The notes under the pieces are model-generated. The model made no database searches and was not told the DNA's origin. It saw only the letters and a list, made by a program, of their open reading frames with translations. A DNA stretch of 64,000 bases from Myxococcota bacterium. Lineage in GTDB: Bacteria > Myxococcota_A > SURF-8 > G963663525. The stretch lies in contig CAXXVK010000010.1 in the NCBI GenBank assembly GCA_963676915.2, positions 150,992 through 214,991 on the forward strand. The letters run 5' to 3'. The translations under genes and the position numbers were made by a program. Below, in pieces: positions 9,840 through 19,779 of the stretch. How positions within the stretch are numbered: position 1 is the stretch's first letter; the number at the start of each line of letters is the position of its first letter.

Positions 9840-10667
9840 ATGGACCTTAAACAAGATTTCTCCAGTTTTTCCGAAGGGTTGTCGATTCCATTGCAGGCGG
9901 CGAAAGCCATCAAAGGCAACTTGTCGCTGGCGCTGTATTCGTTGTTGCCGCTGCTGGTCAACCTGATCGTCTTCGGCTTTGGGCTGTACGGAATGATCAT
10001 CTACCGGGTCGAACTGATCGAGTTGATCTGGGCTTTTCCGGCGGACGGCATCGACTACGCCTGGTTCTGGCAAGGCTTGTGGTATGTACTCGGAGTGGTG
10101 ATTTTCCTGTTGATTTTCCTCGTGATTTTCTTCCTCTTCACTCCTCTCGGTTGCCTGATCGCCGCGCCGTTCAACGACGCATTATCCGAATCCACCGAGC
10201 GGGTGCTCGATCCAACGCGCCCCGAGTTGCCGTTCAGTGTCAAACGGATGCTCGGCGAGTTGGTGATGTCGCTGAAGTCCGAGTTGCAGAAGTTGTTGTT
10301 TTGGTTGATGATTTTCGTTCCGGCGTTATTGCTCAACCTGCTACCGGGCATCGGATCGGCGCTGTATTTCGCGCTTGTTGGCACGGCGGGCGTGTTTTTA
10401 ATGGCCTACCAGTTTTCAGACTATCCTCTGGCGCGTAAACGCTTGAGTTTCAAGCAGAAACGAGCATTTCTCGATCTCGATTTCCCATTGTCGATGGGTT
10501 TTGGGGCGGGCTGCTCGCTGCTACTGCTGATTCCCTTTCTCAACCTCGCATTGATTCCGGTTTGCGTGGTCGGCGGCACGATGCTGTTCGACCGTCTGCG
10601 TACCCGGCAGGGAGCCGAAGCGCTCCTCGAACGCCAAGCTCCCGAGGTGGTTTCCGAGGAAAACTGA
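9840..10667 (+). CDS. CysZ/EI24-family membrane protein
   Basis: IAAPFNDALSE, DYPLARK, LLLIPFLNL...VVGGT; several hydrophobic segments. Confidence 0.85.
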   Translation: MDLKQDFSSFSEGLSIPLQAAKAIKGNLSLALYSLLPLLVNLIVFGFGLYGMIIYRVELIELIWAFPADGIDYAWFWQGLWYVLGVVIFLLIFLVIFFLFTPLGCLIAAPFNDALSESTERVLDPTRPELPFSVKRMLGELVMSLKSELQKLLFWLMIFVPALLLNLLPGIGSALYFALVGTAGVFLMAYQFSDYPLARKRLSFKQKRAFLDLDFPLSMGFGAGCSLLLLIPFLNLALIPVCVVGGTMLFDRLRTRQGAEALLERQAPEVVSEEN

Positions 10668-10935
10668 GACCACACCGTTTCGCTTCAAACAACGTATTTT
10701 CGAGCAAATTCACGTCGATTCGGAGGAGATTACGCAAATTCGTCCGGCAGACGCCCGTCTGCGAAAAGCCCGAAAAAGGCCGTTTTTCTGTCATATATCA
10801 CAGAATCTATCAAATATGGCAGCACAATGTGCGGCACAAAGGGCGGGATTCGAGTGGGAAATGACACGATATCTCCTGGTTTGACCCGCACGGAAGCGAC
10901 GCACAGCGAGATAGCGCAGGTTTGCGTCAAACGTA

Positions 10936-10952
10936 GCGATTCGGCATAGGGG
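10936..10952 (+). repeat. 17-bp direct repeat, left copy, bounding the AIPR insert
   Basis: GCGATTCGGCATAGGGG identical to 12966-12982. Confidence 0.85.
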
Positions 10953-10961
10953 GAAGAAGTT

Positions 10962-12656
10962 CTAATGAATTTCGTTATTCTCCTGCTTGTCCAGAATTCC
11001 GATCAGATCTCCTCTTCGAAATGTTGCGGCAAGTTGTTGCAACGAAATGCTCGAATCGCCATATAATTCTTCAAGAGCTTTCTCAATATCCGACAAGGCT
11101 GTTTGGAAGAAACGTTCTTTGTTTTTTTCGAAAATAGTCATCGCATCTTTAAAGGTTTGATGGTTGACTCCCGAAACGTTGAGGTTCATCTCCTTCAGTA
11201 GATATTTTCCCATTTGCATGCTGATGAAGCAAGAAGCATATCGTAAAAACGTAGGGGCATCTTGTGGAGGACGCTTCCTTTTGTTTTCCGAATACCGATG
11301 AATTATCGTGGCAAGAATGGTTTGCGATCCATTCAAGTTTTTCGAAAAAATGATGTCATACAGTTTCCCGAAATGTTCCCTAGAAAAATACTTGGCTTGG
11401 TGGGGTCTTCGTCGCCAAACGGACAAAATGGATTCTGCTGCGACTCCCGAAGTGATTTCCGTCGATCTTAAAGATGAGTCACTTCTTTTTCGTTTGTAAG
11501 AATAGCCAAGTTGCGCAATATCCGTCTCTAGTTGAATCTGTTTTTCATGATTCGATTTCAAATCTCGCAAGTCAACGGGGTTTTGACTGTTTGTCGCGAA
11601 AGTGATTTGATGAACAAGATTTTCGTCGTTGCTGGGAAGTTGGTAAAGTCGAATCAAGACGTATGCTTCTGATGAGGCTAATAAACTTGGATTTTCAAGA
11701 GCTTCGTAAATGGTCATGCAGGTTTGACCGCCATTGATGATCTGGAGGTTCTCGACATTCACAATATAATCACCAGATTGCAGAGCATTATAGCTGAATT
11801 TATCGCAAGTAAGAGTTATACCGTTGTTGTAAAAATAGAAGTTCGCTCTATGGGAACTTTTTAACGTCTCGTAAATTTCTTTATTGACTCTGTTGGTTTG
11901 AAGACCGAGATATCGTCGAATGTTGCGATCCAGAAGACGCTCACCATGGCGTTTCATGAGGGCATGAATTTCTTCAACGGCGATTCGACCGATGAGAACA
12001 CGGCTGAAGTTCATATCCTCAACAACGGCTTTTCCGCTTAACTGCAACTTATCATCGACTTTCTTCGTTCCCTGTAATACCTGTACGATGTTGTCATGAT
12101 TTACATGACACCAGGCAACTTGATCTTTGAAGCCTTCTTCATTGGCACGATCGATCTCATCTTGAGCGGATGAGTTCCATTGCAATCCGTTGTTGCAAGC
12201 CAAAACTTTGATTTGTGGGATGTGTCCATCACTGATAAGGGAACGAGCCTCTTCGACTTTTGTTCTCAGTCGTTCGTTGATGTTTTCTAGGATGGCATTT
12301 GGATTGAAAATGTATTTAATCGCATTAACAAGCTTGACGATACCGTTTTCGGGAAAATGTGAATCTCCTTTAAGGTTTCGTTTGTATTTACCTTGAAAAA
12401 GACTAATGGTCAGTTCGCCTCTGTATTCATTCGAAATATGGATGGCATCGACACCAAAGTCCTGCCCTCCTTCCACCAGGCAATCGAATGCTTCCACATC
12501 ATCAAGATCGAGTGCTGTCTTTACACACAGAAACACAAATGCCAAAGACTTCAGCATGTCATCATTGCGAATGTTCAACTCATTTGCCGCACGTTCCCTG
12601 ATGGTTTCCATTACTTTGGTTATTTGCTGGTCTACTATTGCGGCATTGATATTCAT
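10962..12656 (-). CDS. AIPR family protein (abortive infection/phage resistance-associated)
   Basis: EGGQDFGVDAI...LFQGKY N-terminal domain; NIRRYLG, FYFYNNGIT, QIINGGQT, ATNSQN; AT-rich; GGAG RBS before ATG 12656. Confidence 0.9.
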   Translation of the reverse strand: MNINAAIVDQQITKVMETIRERAANELNIRNDDMLKSLAFVFLCVKTALDLDDVEAFDCLVEGGQDFGVDAIHISNEYRGELTISLFQGKYKRNLKGDSHFPENGIVKLVNAIKYIFNPNAILENINERLRTKVEEARSLISDGHIPQIKVLACNNGLQWNSSAQDEIDRANEEGFKDQVAWCHVNHDNIVQVLQGTKKVDDKLQLSGKAVVEDMNFSRVLIGRIAVEEIHALMKRHGERLLDRNIRRYLGLQTNRVNKEIYETLKSSHRANFYFYNNGITLTCDKFSYNALQSGDYIVNVENLQIINGGQTCMTIYEALENPSLLASSEAYVLIRLYQLPSNDENLVHQITFATNSQNPVDLRDLKSNHEKQIQLETDIAQLGYSYKRKRSDSSLRSTEITSGVAAESILSVWRRRPHQAKYFSREHFGKLYDIIFSKNLNGSQTILATIIHRYSENKRKRPPQDAPTFLRYASCFISMQMGKYLLKEMNLNVSGVNHQTFKDAMTIFEKNKERFFQTALSDIEKALEELYGDSSISLQQLAATFRRGDLIGILDKQENNEIH

Positions 12657-12933
12657 TGAACTTTCTCCAAAAATGCACACAAAATCCTATTGTATGCCAT
12701 TTTGCGTTTGTTTTCTGAAATCATCATACGGAACTCATTGCATCATTGTTGATGCAAGTTAGATTTCGGAAAAAAGCAAAAATACTCTTTCAGAATTTAC
12801 CACGCCAAGCAGTGAATAGGCAAACGTACAGATCAACGAAAAGCAAAGATGGGTGTGAATTAAAATGTGGGGAAATGGAACTTCTCGCACAAAATCCGTT
12901 AATTCCGGTTTTCAACCTGAACCGAAACGTTTG

Positions 12934-12956
12934 GGAGCAGGATACAATCCTGCTCC
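12934..12956 (+). repeat. REP-like palindrome, covariant family copy
   Basis: GGAGCAGGAT-ACA-ATCCTGCTCC perfect 10-bp stem; followed by ATCAGCTTGGC, compared with ATCGCTTGGC after the minus-strand copy at 6018. Confidence 0.65.
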
Positions 12957-12965
12957 ATCAGCTTG

Positions 12966-12982
12966 GCGATTCGGCATAGGGG
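12966..12982 (+). repeat. 17-bp direct repeat, right copy
   Basis: Identical to 10936-10952. Confidence 0.85.
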
Positions 12983-13002
12983 CCGAAGAAACCCCCCCCC
13001 CT

Positions 13003-14040
13003 CTACCGGGTTTTCGTGACCTTCGACAAAAACTTCGGTTTGTCGGGGTTGATGCCTTTGAGGTCCGCTAGATACATAGCGAAGAACTGGGCCGGGATGA
13101 TGTAGGGGATCGGCGTGGCGATTTCGGCCACGGATCGCGGCATGATGAAATGGGTCGTGGCGTAACGCTTCGTTTCGTTCGTGTTGGAAAACACCACCGT
13201 TTCGGATTTCTTCTCGTGCAGATCCTTCAGAATGTTCAGCATCGGACGTTCCATTTTCCCTCGTGCGACGAACAGGAAGGTGGGGAAGCCGTCGTTGATC
13301 ATCGCGATGGGTCCGTGCATGAAATCGGCCATGGAAAACGCCTGCACCGGCAGGTAGCTGGTTTCCATCAGTTTCAGGCTGAATTCCTTGGCGGTGGCGT
13401 AATGGTAGCCACGGCCGATCGTCACGGCGCGGTCCATGTAGCGATAACGGCTGACTTTGGCTTTGACATCCTCTTCGATCTCGATGATCCGGTCCGTGAT
13501 CTCGGGAAGTTTCACGATCTGGTCCAGCGCTACCTTGTGCTTGGCCCAACAGGCCACCAACGCCAGAAGGGCGTAGCATTCGGATACGTAGGTTTTGGTC
13601 GCGGCGACCGATTCTTCCCGACCCGCGTGCAGCGGAATGACGAAATCCGCCGTCTGGGCCAGAGGAGAACGCACATGGTTGGTGATGGCCAGCGTCGGCG
13701 CACCGCTCGCCACGGCGTCGGCGGTGTATTCGTTGATGTCGGTGCCTTCGCCCGACTGGCTTACGGCAATCACCAACGTATTGGACAACGAAAGATGGCT
13801 TTTGTACACGGTCAGAATCGACGGAGCCGCCAGATGCGCCGGAATGTTCAGCAGCGATTCGACGATGTATTTGCCATACAGACAAGCATTGTCCGACGAC
13901 CCGCGAGCCACGAAGGTGACCTGCCGAATATCCTGATCTGCCAGGAATTTCGCATACTTCTCTATCCGAGGAAACTCGGATTCATAGAGTTTGGTCAACA
14001 CGGTGGGGGTCTGTCGCAGTTCGCGTCGCATTTTCTTCAT
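13003..14040 (-). CDS. Double-SIS sugar-phosphate isomerase (glucosamine-6-phosphate deaminase GlmD-like; GlmS C-terminal homologue)
   Basis: ARGSSDNA, AVSQSGE, ESVAATKTY, LKLMET, DFMHGP, LSKVTKT; no glutaminase domain. Confidence 0.88.
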   Translation of the reverse strand: MKKMRRELRQTPTVLTKLYESEFPRIEKYAKFLADQDIRQVTFVARGSSDNACLYGKYIVESLLNIPAHLAAPSILTVYKSHLSLSNTLVIAVSQSGEGTDINEYTADAVASGAPTLAITNHVRSPLAQTADFVIPLHAGREESVAATKTYVSECYALLALVACWAKHKVALDQIVKLPEITDRIIEIEEDVKAKVSRYRYMDRAVTIGRGYHYATAKEFSLKLMETSYLPVQAFSMADFMHGPIAMINDGFPTFLFVARGKMERPMLNILKDLHEKKSETVVFSNTNETKRYATTHFIMPRSVAEIATPIPYIIPAQFFAMYLADLKGINPDKPKFLSKVTKTR

Positions 14041-14288
14041 GGCTCGTTCCTTTATCGCCAGTTTCGCTGTTTAGGGTTGGCACCCAAGGGATCGGGAATG
14101 GGAGACAAACGAAAGCCTCCGTTTTCCGACTGCGGCCTTCGATACTCCAAGAATAGCCGATTCGCAAGGGATTTTCCAGCGTTTTGACGGGAAAGCGTAC
14201 GTTGAAAGCGACGAACGAACCCCGGATGGTTGCATCCGGAAAAAATCTGTCGATAATGGGGGCGAAACCATCGAAGGGAGAACGTAGC

Positions 14289-15299
14289 ATGGCGGCGAAA
14301 ATTCTGGTAAGCGGCGGGGCGGGATACATCGGGTCGATCACGGCGCATTATCTTATGGAAAAAGGTCTGGACGTTCACGTGCTGGACAACCTTTCCAAAG
14401 GCTATGCTCGTTTCGTGTCCGATTTGCCGTTGCATCGCATCGAGTTGGCCGACACCGACGCCGTACGCCGCTTGTTCGTCCAAGAAAATTTCGAGGCCGT
14501 GCTGCATTTCGCGGCCTTTATCGAGGTGGGAGAATCGGTACACGATCCGTTGCGCTACTACCGCAACAATGTCGCCGGAACGCTTTCGCTTTTGGAAGCC
14601 ATGCAGGCGGCGGGAACGAAAACGCTGGTGTTTTCTTCGACGGCGGCGGTCTATGGCGAACCGCAGGTCATGCCGATTCCCGAAAGCCATCCCAAGGCTC
14701 CGATCAACGCCTATGGACGATCGAAGCTGACCGTCGAACGAATCCTTGCCGACTGCGCCCGAGCCTGGGGACTGAACTGGGCGGCGCTGCGGTATTTCAA
14801 TGCTGCCGGAGCCGATCCGAAAGGGCGAAGCGGAGAATGGCACGACCCCGAAACCCATCTGATTCCGCTGGCTTTGCGAGCCGCCGTGCGTGGACGGTCC
14901 AACGCAGCCGAAAAGGGCTTGACCGTTTTCGGCTCGGATTATCCCACCCCGGACGGCACCTGTCTGCGGGATTACGTGCATGTTTGGGATCTGGCGCAAG
15001 CCCATAATTTGGCGCTGGAATACCTGCTGGATGGCGGTGCGAGTCGGGCTTTCAACCTGGGTTCTCAGGAGGGCTTTTCGGTGCTGGAGGTGATTCAGGC
15101 CGCCGAGCGCGCCACGAAGCTTTCGGTACCGCATCGAATGGGAGAACGTCGCCCCGGAGATCCTGCCCGACTGATCGCATCCAGTGAAGACGCCCGAAGC
15201 ATTCTGGGGTGGTTGCCCGAATGCAGCGACCTCGACCGCATTCTTGCCGACGCCTGGAAATGGCATGAAACCAACGGTTTTTGCGGCGGGCGGGAGTAG
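14289..15299 (+). CDS. galE: UDP-glucose 4-epimerase
   Basis: GGAGYIGS, HFAAFIEVGES, FSSTAAVYG, YGRSK, LRYFNAAGAD, DGTCLRDYVHV. Confidence 0.95.
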   Translation: MAAKILVSGGAGYIGSITAHYLMEKGLDVHVLDNLSKGYARFVSDLPLHRIELADTDAVRRLFVQENFEAVLHFAAFIEVGESVHDPLRYYRNNVAGTLSLLEAMQAAGTKTLVFSSTAAVYGEPQVMPIPESHPKAPINAYGRSKLTVERILADCARAWGLNWAALRYFNAAGADPKGRSGEWHDPETHLIPLALRAAVRGRSNAAEKGLTVFGSDYPTPDGTCLRDYVHVWDLAQAHNLALEYLLDGGASRAFNLGSQEGFSVLEVIQAAERATKLSVPHRMGERRPGDPARLIASSEDARSILGWLPECSDLDRILADAWKWHETNGFCGGRE

Positions 15300-15316
15300 G
15301 ATTTTATCGATGAGAC

Positions 15317-15610
15317 TCAGGATTTTTTAAACAGTGCATCCAGGGCCGATTTGGCTTTTTCGGTTTCGCTGATACCATCCGCAGCCTCTCCGTCGCCGCC
15401 TTCGAAGGAAAACCAGTCGCAAAAATTGGCGTTTTCCTTGTCGGACACCGGCTCGGACACCGGTTCAGCGCAATCGTTGTGACGTCCGGGAGAATAAAAC
15501 CGGCACTGAACACAGCTATGCAGGTCGGCTCCGCAATGAGGGCATTCGTCCCGACGCATCACCCGTTCTTCGATTTCGATCTCTTTTCCGCATTTTGCAC
15601 AGCTTGGCAT
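15317..15610 (-). CDS. Small cysteine-rich putative zinc-binding protein
   Basis: CAKC, CPHC, CVQC plus two more Cys; AAGGGAG RBS. Confidence 0.8.
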   Translation of the reverse strand: MPSCAKCGKEIEIEERVMRRDECPHCGADLHSCVQCRFYSPGRHNDCAEPVSEPVSDKENANFCDWFSFEGGDGEAADGISETEKAKSALDALFKKS

Positions 15611-15688
15611 GGAGATGTCTCCCTTCGTCAAGAAACGTCCCGGTAGATCCTATTTCGTATTTACCATAGCTTTTTCAAAGACAGAACG

Positions 15689-15720
15689 AAAAAGACCCTC
15701 CCGGGAAAACGAGGGAGGGT
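15689..15720 (-). terminator. Intrinsic terminator of the Spy-like gene
   Basis: Minus strand ACCCTCCC...GGGAGGGT followed by CTTTTT. Confidence 0.6.
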
Positions 15721-15822
15721 AGAGGGAGAAAGGCGGGAAATTGGGGAGGGAGATGAGGCGGGAGATGCGATGCCCGGTTTTCAGGACAGGTTGCCGGGTT
15801 GCACGCCGAACCTCGCGGAAGA

Positions 15823-16887
15823 TCAGTTCTCGTTAAGGACTTTCCAGAAGGCGTCGGTCAACAGCAGCATCCGGATTTTTTTCTCGTGGAAACGACCTCG
15901 GGCAAAGCGGGGAGCGGCATCGAATTCTTCGTCTTCCGGCGGCGGAGGATCGTCCAGGGTGTCCGCGCCACCGAAGCCGGCTCCCGGACCCATACCTTGA
16001 CCCATACCGCCGCTACCCATTCCCGGACCCATGCCTTGGCCCATACCTTGTCCCATTCCACCGCGTCCCATACCCGGACCCATGCCTCTTCGACCTTTTC
16101 CACGGCCCATCATGGCTTTTCCTTGTCGGGCACCGAATCCGCCGCCGTTACTCAGACGTTGCACCATGCGATCGGGAAGCTGGGCGGCGAGTTCGTCGCG
16201 TCGCTGGAGGTAATCGGCTTCGGACATGTCACGTACCTGCTCGAGCATGTCGCAGACCCGACCGGCCTGTTGTCCACCCCTGCGACCCCGTTTCTGCATA
16301 CGCTGCTTGTGCATGGCCCACACGTCATCGGAAAGAGTGCGAATGCGGTCGAGAATTTCGGCGGCGTTTTGTGGCGGATCATCGGCGAACGGCGAACCCA
16401 TACCGAGACTGCCTTGTGGATTGAAACGTTGCAGGCGATCTTTCTGCTCCGGGGTCAGGATATCGATCATGGCTTTGAGATAGCCTTCCATTTTCGAGCG
16501 ATAGGGTTCCAGTTGGTTGCGTTCCTCCATCATCTCTTTCATGGTGGCCGCTTGTTGATCCTGATCGGGCTTTTCGCCTTTTTTCAGGGTTTTATTCAGG
16601 GATTTCATATGGTTTTTCATTTTATCGCGGTGTTCGGTAAGTCCTTCTTCCAGTTCTTTTTTGAGTTTGCGAAGCTGTTTTTGTTCTTTGATCCACTGCG
16701 CTTTCTGGTCTTTGGTCAATTCCAGGGTCTGCAACAGCAGTCGCGCTCCGACTTCGTGTTTCAACTCCAGAAACTCTTCATCGGCTTTGGCGCTCCAAGG
16801 TTGGGCCGAAGCGGTCGTCGCCATGAAAAAGAGCATCAGGAACGGTATGGCGGCTCCAAGGATTGATTTTCGTGTTGAAATCTGCAT
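15823..16887 (-). CDS. Exported alpha-helical protein (Spy/CpxP-like LTxxQ motifs) with Gly-Met repeat region
   Basis: GGAGGTG RBS; signal peptide ...TASA-Q; LTKDQK and LTPEQK motifs; GMGQGMGPG tandem repeats. Confidence 0.7.
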   Translation of the reverse strand: MQISTRKSILGAAIPFLMLFFMATTASAQPWSAKADEEFLELKHEVGARLLLQTLELTKDQKAQWIKEQKQLRKLKKELEEGLTEHRDKMKNHMKSLNKTLKKGEKPDQDQQAATMKEMMEERNQLEPYRSKMEGYLKAMIDILTPEQKDRLQRFNPQGSLGMGSPFADDPPQNAAEILDRIRTLSDDVWAMHKQRMQKRGRRGGQQAGRVCDMLEQVRDMSEADYLQRRDELAAQLPDRMVQRLSNGGGFGARQGKAMMGRGKGRRGMGPGMGRGGMGQGMGQGMGPGMGSGGMGQGMGPGAGFGGADTLDDPPPPEDEEFDAAPRFARGRFHEKKIRMLLLTDAFWKVLNEN

Positions 16888-17041
16888 AGTGTCACCTCCA
16901 GTAGGATGATGTTTGTGTTCTTCTCTTTTCACCCAGAGAGACGAACCACCGTCCGGTTTGTTACAACAATCCCGATTTTTTTCGAGTCCTCTTCGTTTTT
17001 TTATCGAAGTGGGTTATTTTTCGAAGCAAGGAGCGGTTTCC

Positions 17042-18385
17042 ATGAAAATTACCGTGATCGGCGGCGGCGGCATCCGCGCCCCTCAACTTGTTCAGGCTTT
17101 GTGCGCGAACGCCGAAGCCACCGGATTGAACCAACTGGCTCTGTACGACATCGACCGGCGCAAAGCCGCCGTAACCTTCCGGCTTTCGCAATCTGTCGCA
17201 CAAAAGGAAAACCCGGCGGTGGCATTGCAACCGACCTTCGATCTGGACGACGCCTTGGACGGTGCGGACGCCATTATCACCACGATTCGTCCCGGCTTTG
17301 AAGCGGGACGCGCCAAAGACGAGCGTATCGCCCTGAATCGCGGGGTTCTGGGTCAGGAAACCACCGGTCCGGCAGGTTTCGCTTTCGCGTGCCGTTCCGC
17401 TCCCGAGGTCGTGCGATACGCCCAACAAACGCTGGATAAAAACCCGGACGCCTGGATTGTCAACTTCACCAATCCGGCAAGTCTGGTCACCGAAGCCCTG
17501 CAACGTTCGGGCTTCGAGCGTTCGGCGGGTATTTGCGACTCATCGGACTCGGGACTGAAGAAAGTGGCCAATCATGCTGGCGTGAATTGGCGAGAATTGG
17601 AAAGCTGGACCTTCGGTCTGAATCATCTGTCCTGGGTTGGTCCGGCTCTGCACAACGGGAAAAACATCCTGGAGGACGTGCTGTTCGACAAGGACTATCA
17701 GGCAGCGCATATTCCGTGGATGCCTCTCGATCTGCTCGAAACCCTGCGCCTGCTGCCCAACGAATACCTGTATTATTTCTACCGTGCGAAGTCTTCTTTG
17801 CAAGCCCTGCTGGATGCCGACGAATGCCGTGGCGAGGAAATTTTGCGCATCAACGGCGCGATTCTCGACACGCTGGAGAAAAACGCGGCGGCGGGAAGTT
17901 CCGACGAGGAACTTCATGCCACGTACAAAAACTATCTCCAACGCCGGGAAGCTACCTACATGATCAGTTCCCGCAAAGGCAAGGAACGCAAAAGCAAAGC
18001 CGAGCCGGAAGGATACGCGGGTGTGGCGCTGGATCTGTTGCAGAACCTGAGAAAAGACGATCCCGTGCGGATGGTGCTCAATGTACCCAACCAGGGAGCT
18101 TTGGATTTCCTGGAACCAAACGATATCGTTGAAATCACCTGCGAAGTCGGTCGTGGAGCCTGGAAGCCCGTTGCACCTCCGCAAGTGCCCGAAAAATGTA
18201 AGGAACTTTCGCTGGCCGTCAAAAAATACGAACGACTGGCCGTGGAAGCCATTCTCGAAAAGCGCGTGGAAGCCGCTGTGGAAGGTCTCCGGCTGCATCC
18301 GCTCGTACAGGACGAAGAATGCGCCTACGGCCTGTTCAAAGATTATCGTGACGCCTGGCCGGAGGTGTTCCAAGGTTGGAAATAG
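17042..18385 (+). CDS. Glycoside hydrolase family 4 (6-phospho-beta-glucosidase-like)
   Basis: KITVIGGGG, GQETTGPAG, NFTNP, GICD, GLNHL, PNEYLYYFY. Confidence 0.92.
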   Translation: MKITVIGGGGIRAPQLVQALCANAEATGLNQLALYDIDRRKAAVTFRLSQSVAQKENPAVALQPTFDLDDALDGADAIITTIRPGFEAGRAKDERIALNRGVLGQETTGPAGFAFACRSAPEVVRYAQQTLDKNPDAWIVNFTNPASLVTEALQRSGFERSAGICDSSDSGLKKVANHAGVNWRELESWTFGLNHLSWVGPALHNGKNILEDVLFDKDYQAAHIPWMPLDLLETLRLLPNEYLYYFYRAKSSLQALLDADECRGEEILRINGAILDTLEKNAAAGSSDEELHATYKNYLQRREATYMISSRKGKERKSKAEPEGYAGVALDLLQNLRKDDPVRMVLNVPNQGALDFLEPNDIVEITCEVGRGAWKPVAPPQVPEKCKELSLAVKKYERLAVEAILEKRVEAAVEGLRLHPLVQDEECAYGLFKDYRDAWPEVFQGWK

Positions 18386-18411
18386 CCAACGTTTTGTTTC
18401 GAGAAAACATG

Positions 18412-18436
18412 TGGACGGGGATGCAATCCCCGTCCA
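18412..18436 (+). repeat. REP-like palindrome, family copy 2
   Basis: (G)TGGACGGGGAT-GCA-ATCCCCGTCCA perfect 11-bp stem. Confidence 0.8.
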
Positions 18437-18482
18437 TTGATAGGCTATCAATCTTCCGTATTGACGACTACCAAAGGAGCCG

Positions 18483-19691
18483 ATGATGTTTTCAACGATG
18501 CACGCGGGCGCGGCTGTCGTGGAAATCACGCCTCCGAACCCCAGGGGGCACTATCTGTCGGGGTTTGGATTCAACCGGATCTCCGAATCCGTTCGCGATC
18601 CATTGTACGCTCGTGCCGTGGCGCTTCGGAATGGAGAAACCACCCTCGTGCTCGTAGCGCTCGACCTTACAGGACTGATGCGAGATGACGTGCTGCGCAT
18701 CCGCGAAAAAGCCGGGATGGGAGAAGACGTAACGATACTCGTGGCCAGCACCCATAGCCATGCCGCACCGGATACCATGGGATACTGGGGACCGTCCATT
18801 GTCGGTCTGTTTCCTTACAAAACGGGAAAAGATCCGCACTATATGAACTTTCTGCACGAACAAGCCGCCGAGTCGGTTCGTCAAGCCGTGGAAAATCTGA
18901 CACCGGCAAAGGGCAAATGGTTCACCTTGGAGATTCCTCCGGTGGGTTACCATGAAAACATCCATCCGGGGGCGGCGCTGGATTCGAAAATGCGGGTATT
19001 AGCGCTTCGAGATGAAGAAAACCGCCCACTGGCGACCGTCGCCGACTGGGCTTGTCACCCGGAGATGCTTTGGGAGCGAAACAAGCGGATCAGTTCCGAT
19101 TTCGCGGGTCGATTTTGCACCGAACTGGAAACGCTCGTCGGTGGAACGGCGGTGTTTTTCAACGGTGCGCTGGGAGGAATGGTTTCGGGCGATCTGGCCA
19201 TGGACCTTCCCGATGAGGAACGAGGGCCGTTTATCGACTGGTTGGGGCGCAGATTGGCCGAGAGAGTTTATGAAGCACTGCCGGAAGCAAGCACGTTCGA
19301 GTCGTACGATGTGCGCCACGCAGAAACGACTTTCGAAATGACCGTAACCAATCGGCGCTTTTTGCTGGGACGCAAACTTGGGATTTTCAAACGGGAAAAT
19401 TTCACAGACAGCAGCCTCACCACCGAATGTCACCTCGTGCGTATCGGTCCAGGAGCCTTGTTGACGATCCCCGGCGAAGCCCTGCCGGAGTTGTCCGAGA
19501 AGCTACTTGGGGAAATCGATTCGGAAATTTCCGCCGTGGTTTCGCTAGGTTGCGACGAGTTGGGCTACCTGCTTCCGGAAGCGCTGTTTTCCACGAAAGA
19601 ATATCGATACGAAGCGTCGATGTCGCCAAGCGCAAAAGCCGAGGGCGAACTCGTCACGCAAGCCGGGAAACTTCAGGAAATGCTTCCCTGA
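18483..19691 (+). CDS. Neutral/alkaline ceramidase-like amidohydrolase
   Basis: DPLYARAV, STHSHAAPD, WACHPE, SSDF, NGALGG, PGE motifs. Confidence 0.8.
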   Translation: MMFSTMHAGAAVVEITPPNPRGHYLSGFGFNRISESVRDPLYARAVALRNGETTLVLVALDLTGLMRDDVLRIREKAGMGEDVTILVASTHSHAAPDTMGYWGPSIVGLFPYKTGKDPHYMNFLHEQAAESVRQAVENLTPAKGKWFTLEIPPVGYHENIHPGAALDSKMRVLALRDEENRPLATVADWACHPEMLWERNKRISSDFAGRFCTELETLVGGTAVFFNGALGGMVSGDLAMDLPDEERGPFIDWLGRRLAERVYEALPEASTFESYDVRHAETTFEMTVTNRRFLLGRKLGIFKRENFTDSSLTTECHLVRIGPGALLTIPGEALPELSEKLLGEIDSEISAVVSLGCDELGYLLPEALFSTKEYRYEASMSPSAKAEGELVTQAGKLQEMLP

Positions 19692-19779
19692 TTTTCTTTT
19701 CAGATGGTGACGGCCGGTTGTCGTTTCGCGAGAAATATGCTAGGGATGGTGCCAAAAATCCCTGGGGAAGTGAGACGAA

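Noticed and set aside
12992-13001. Poly-C tract as a phase-variation switch
   Set aside because: It lies just outside the stop codon of the SIS gene, so length changes would not alter a reading frame
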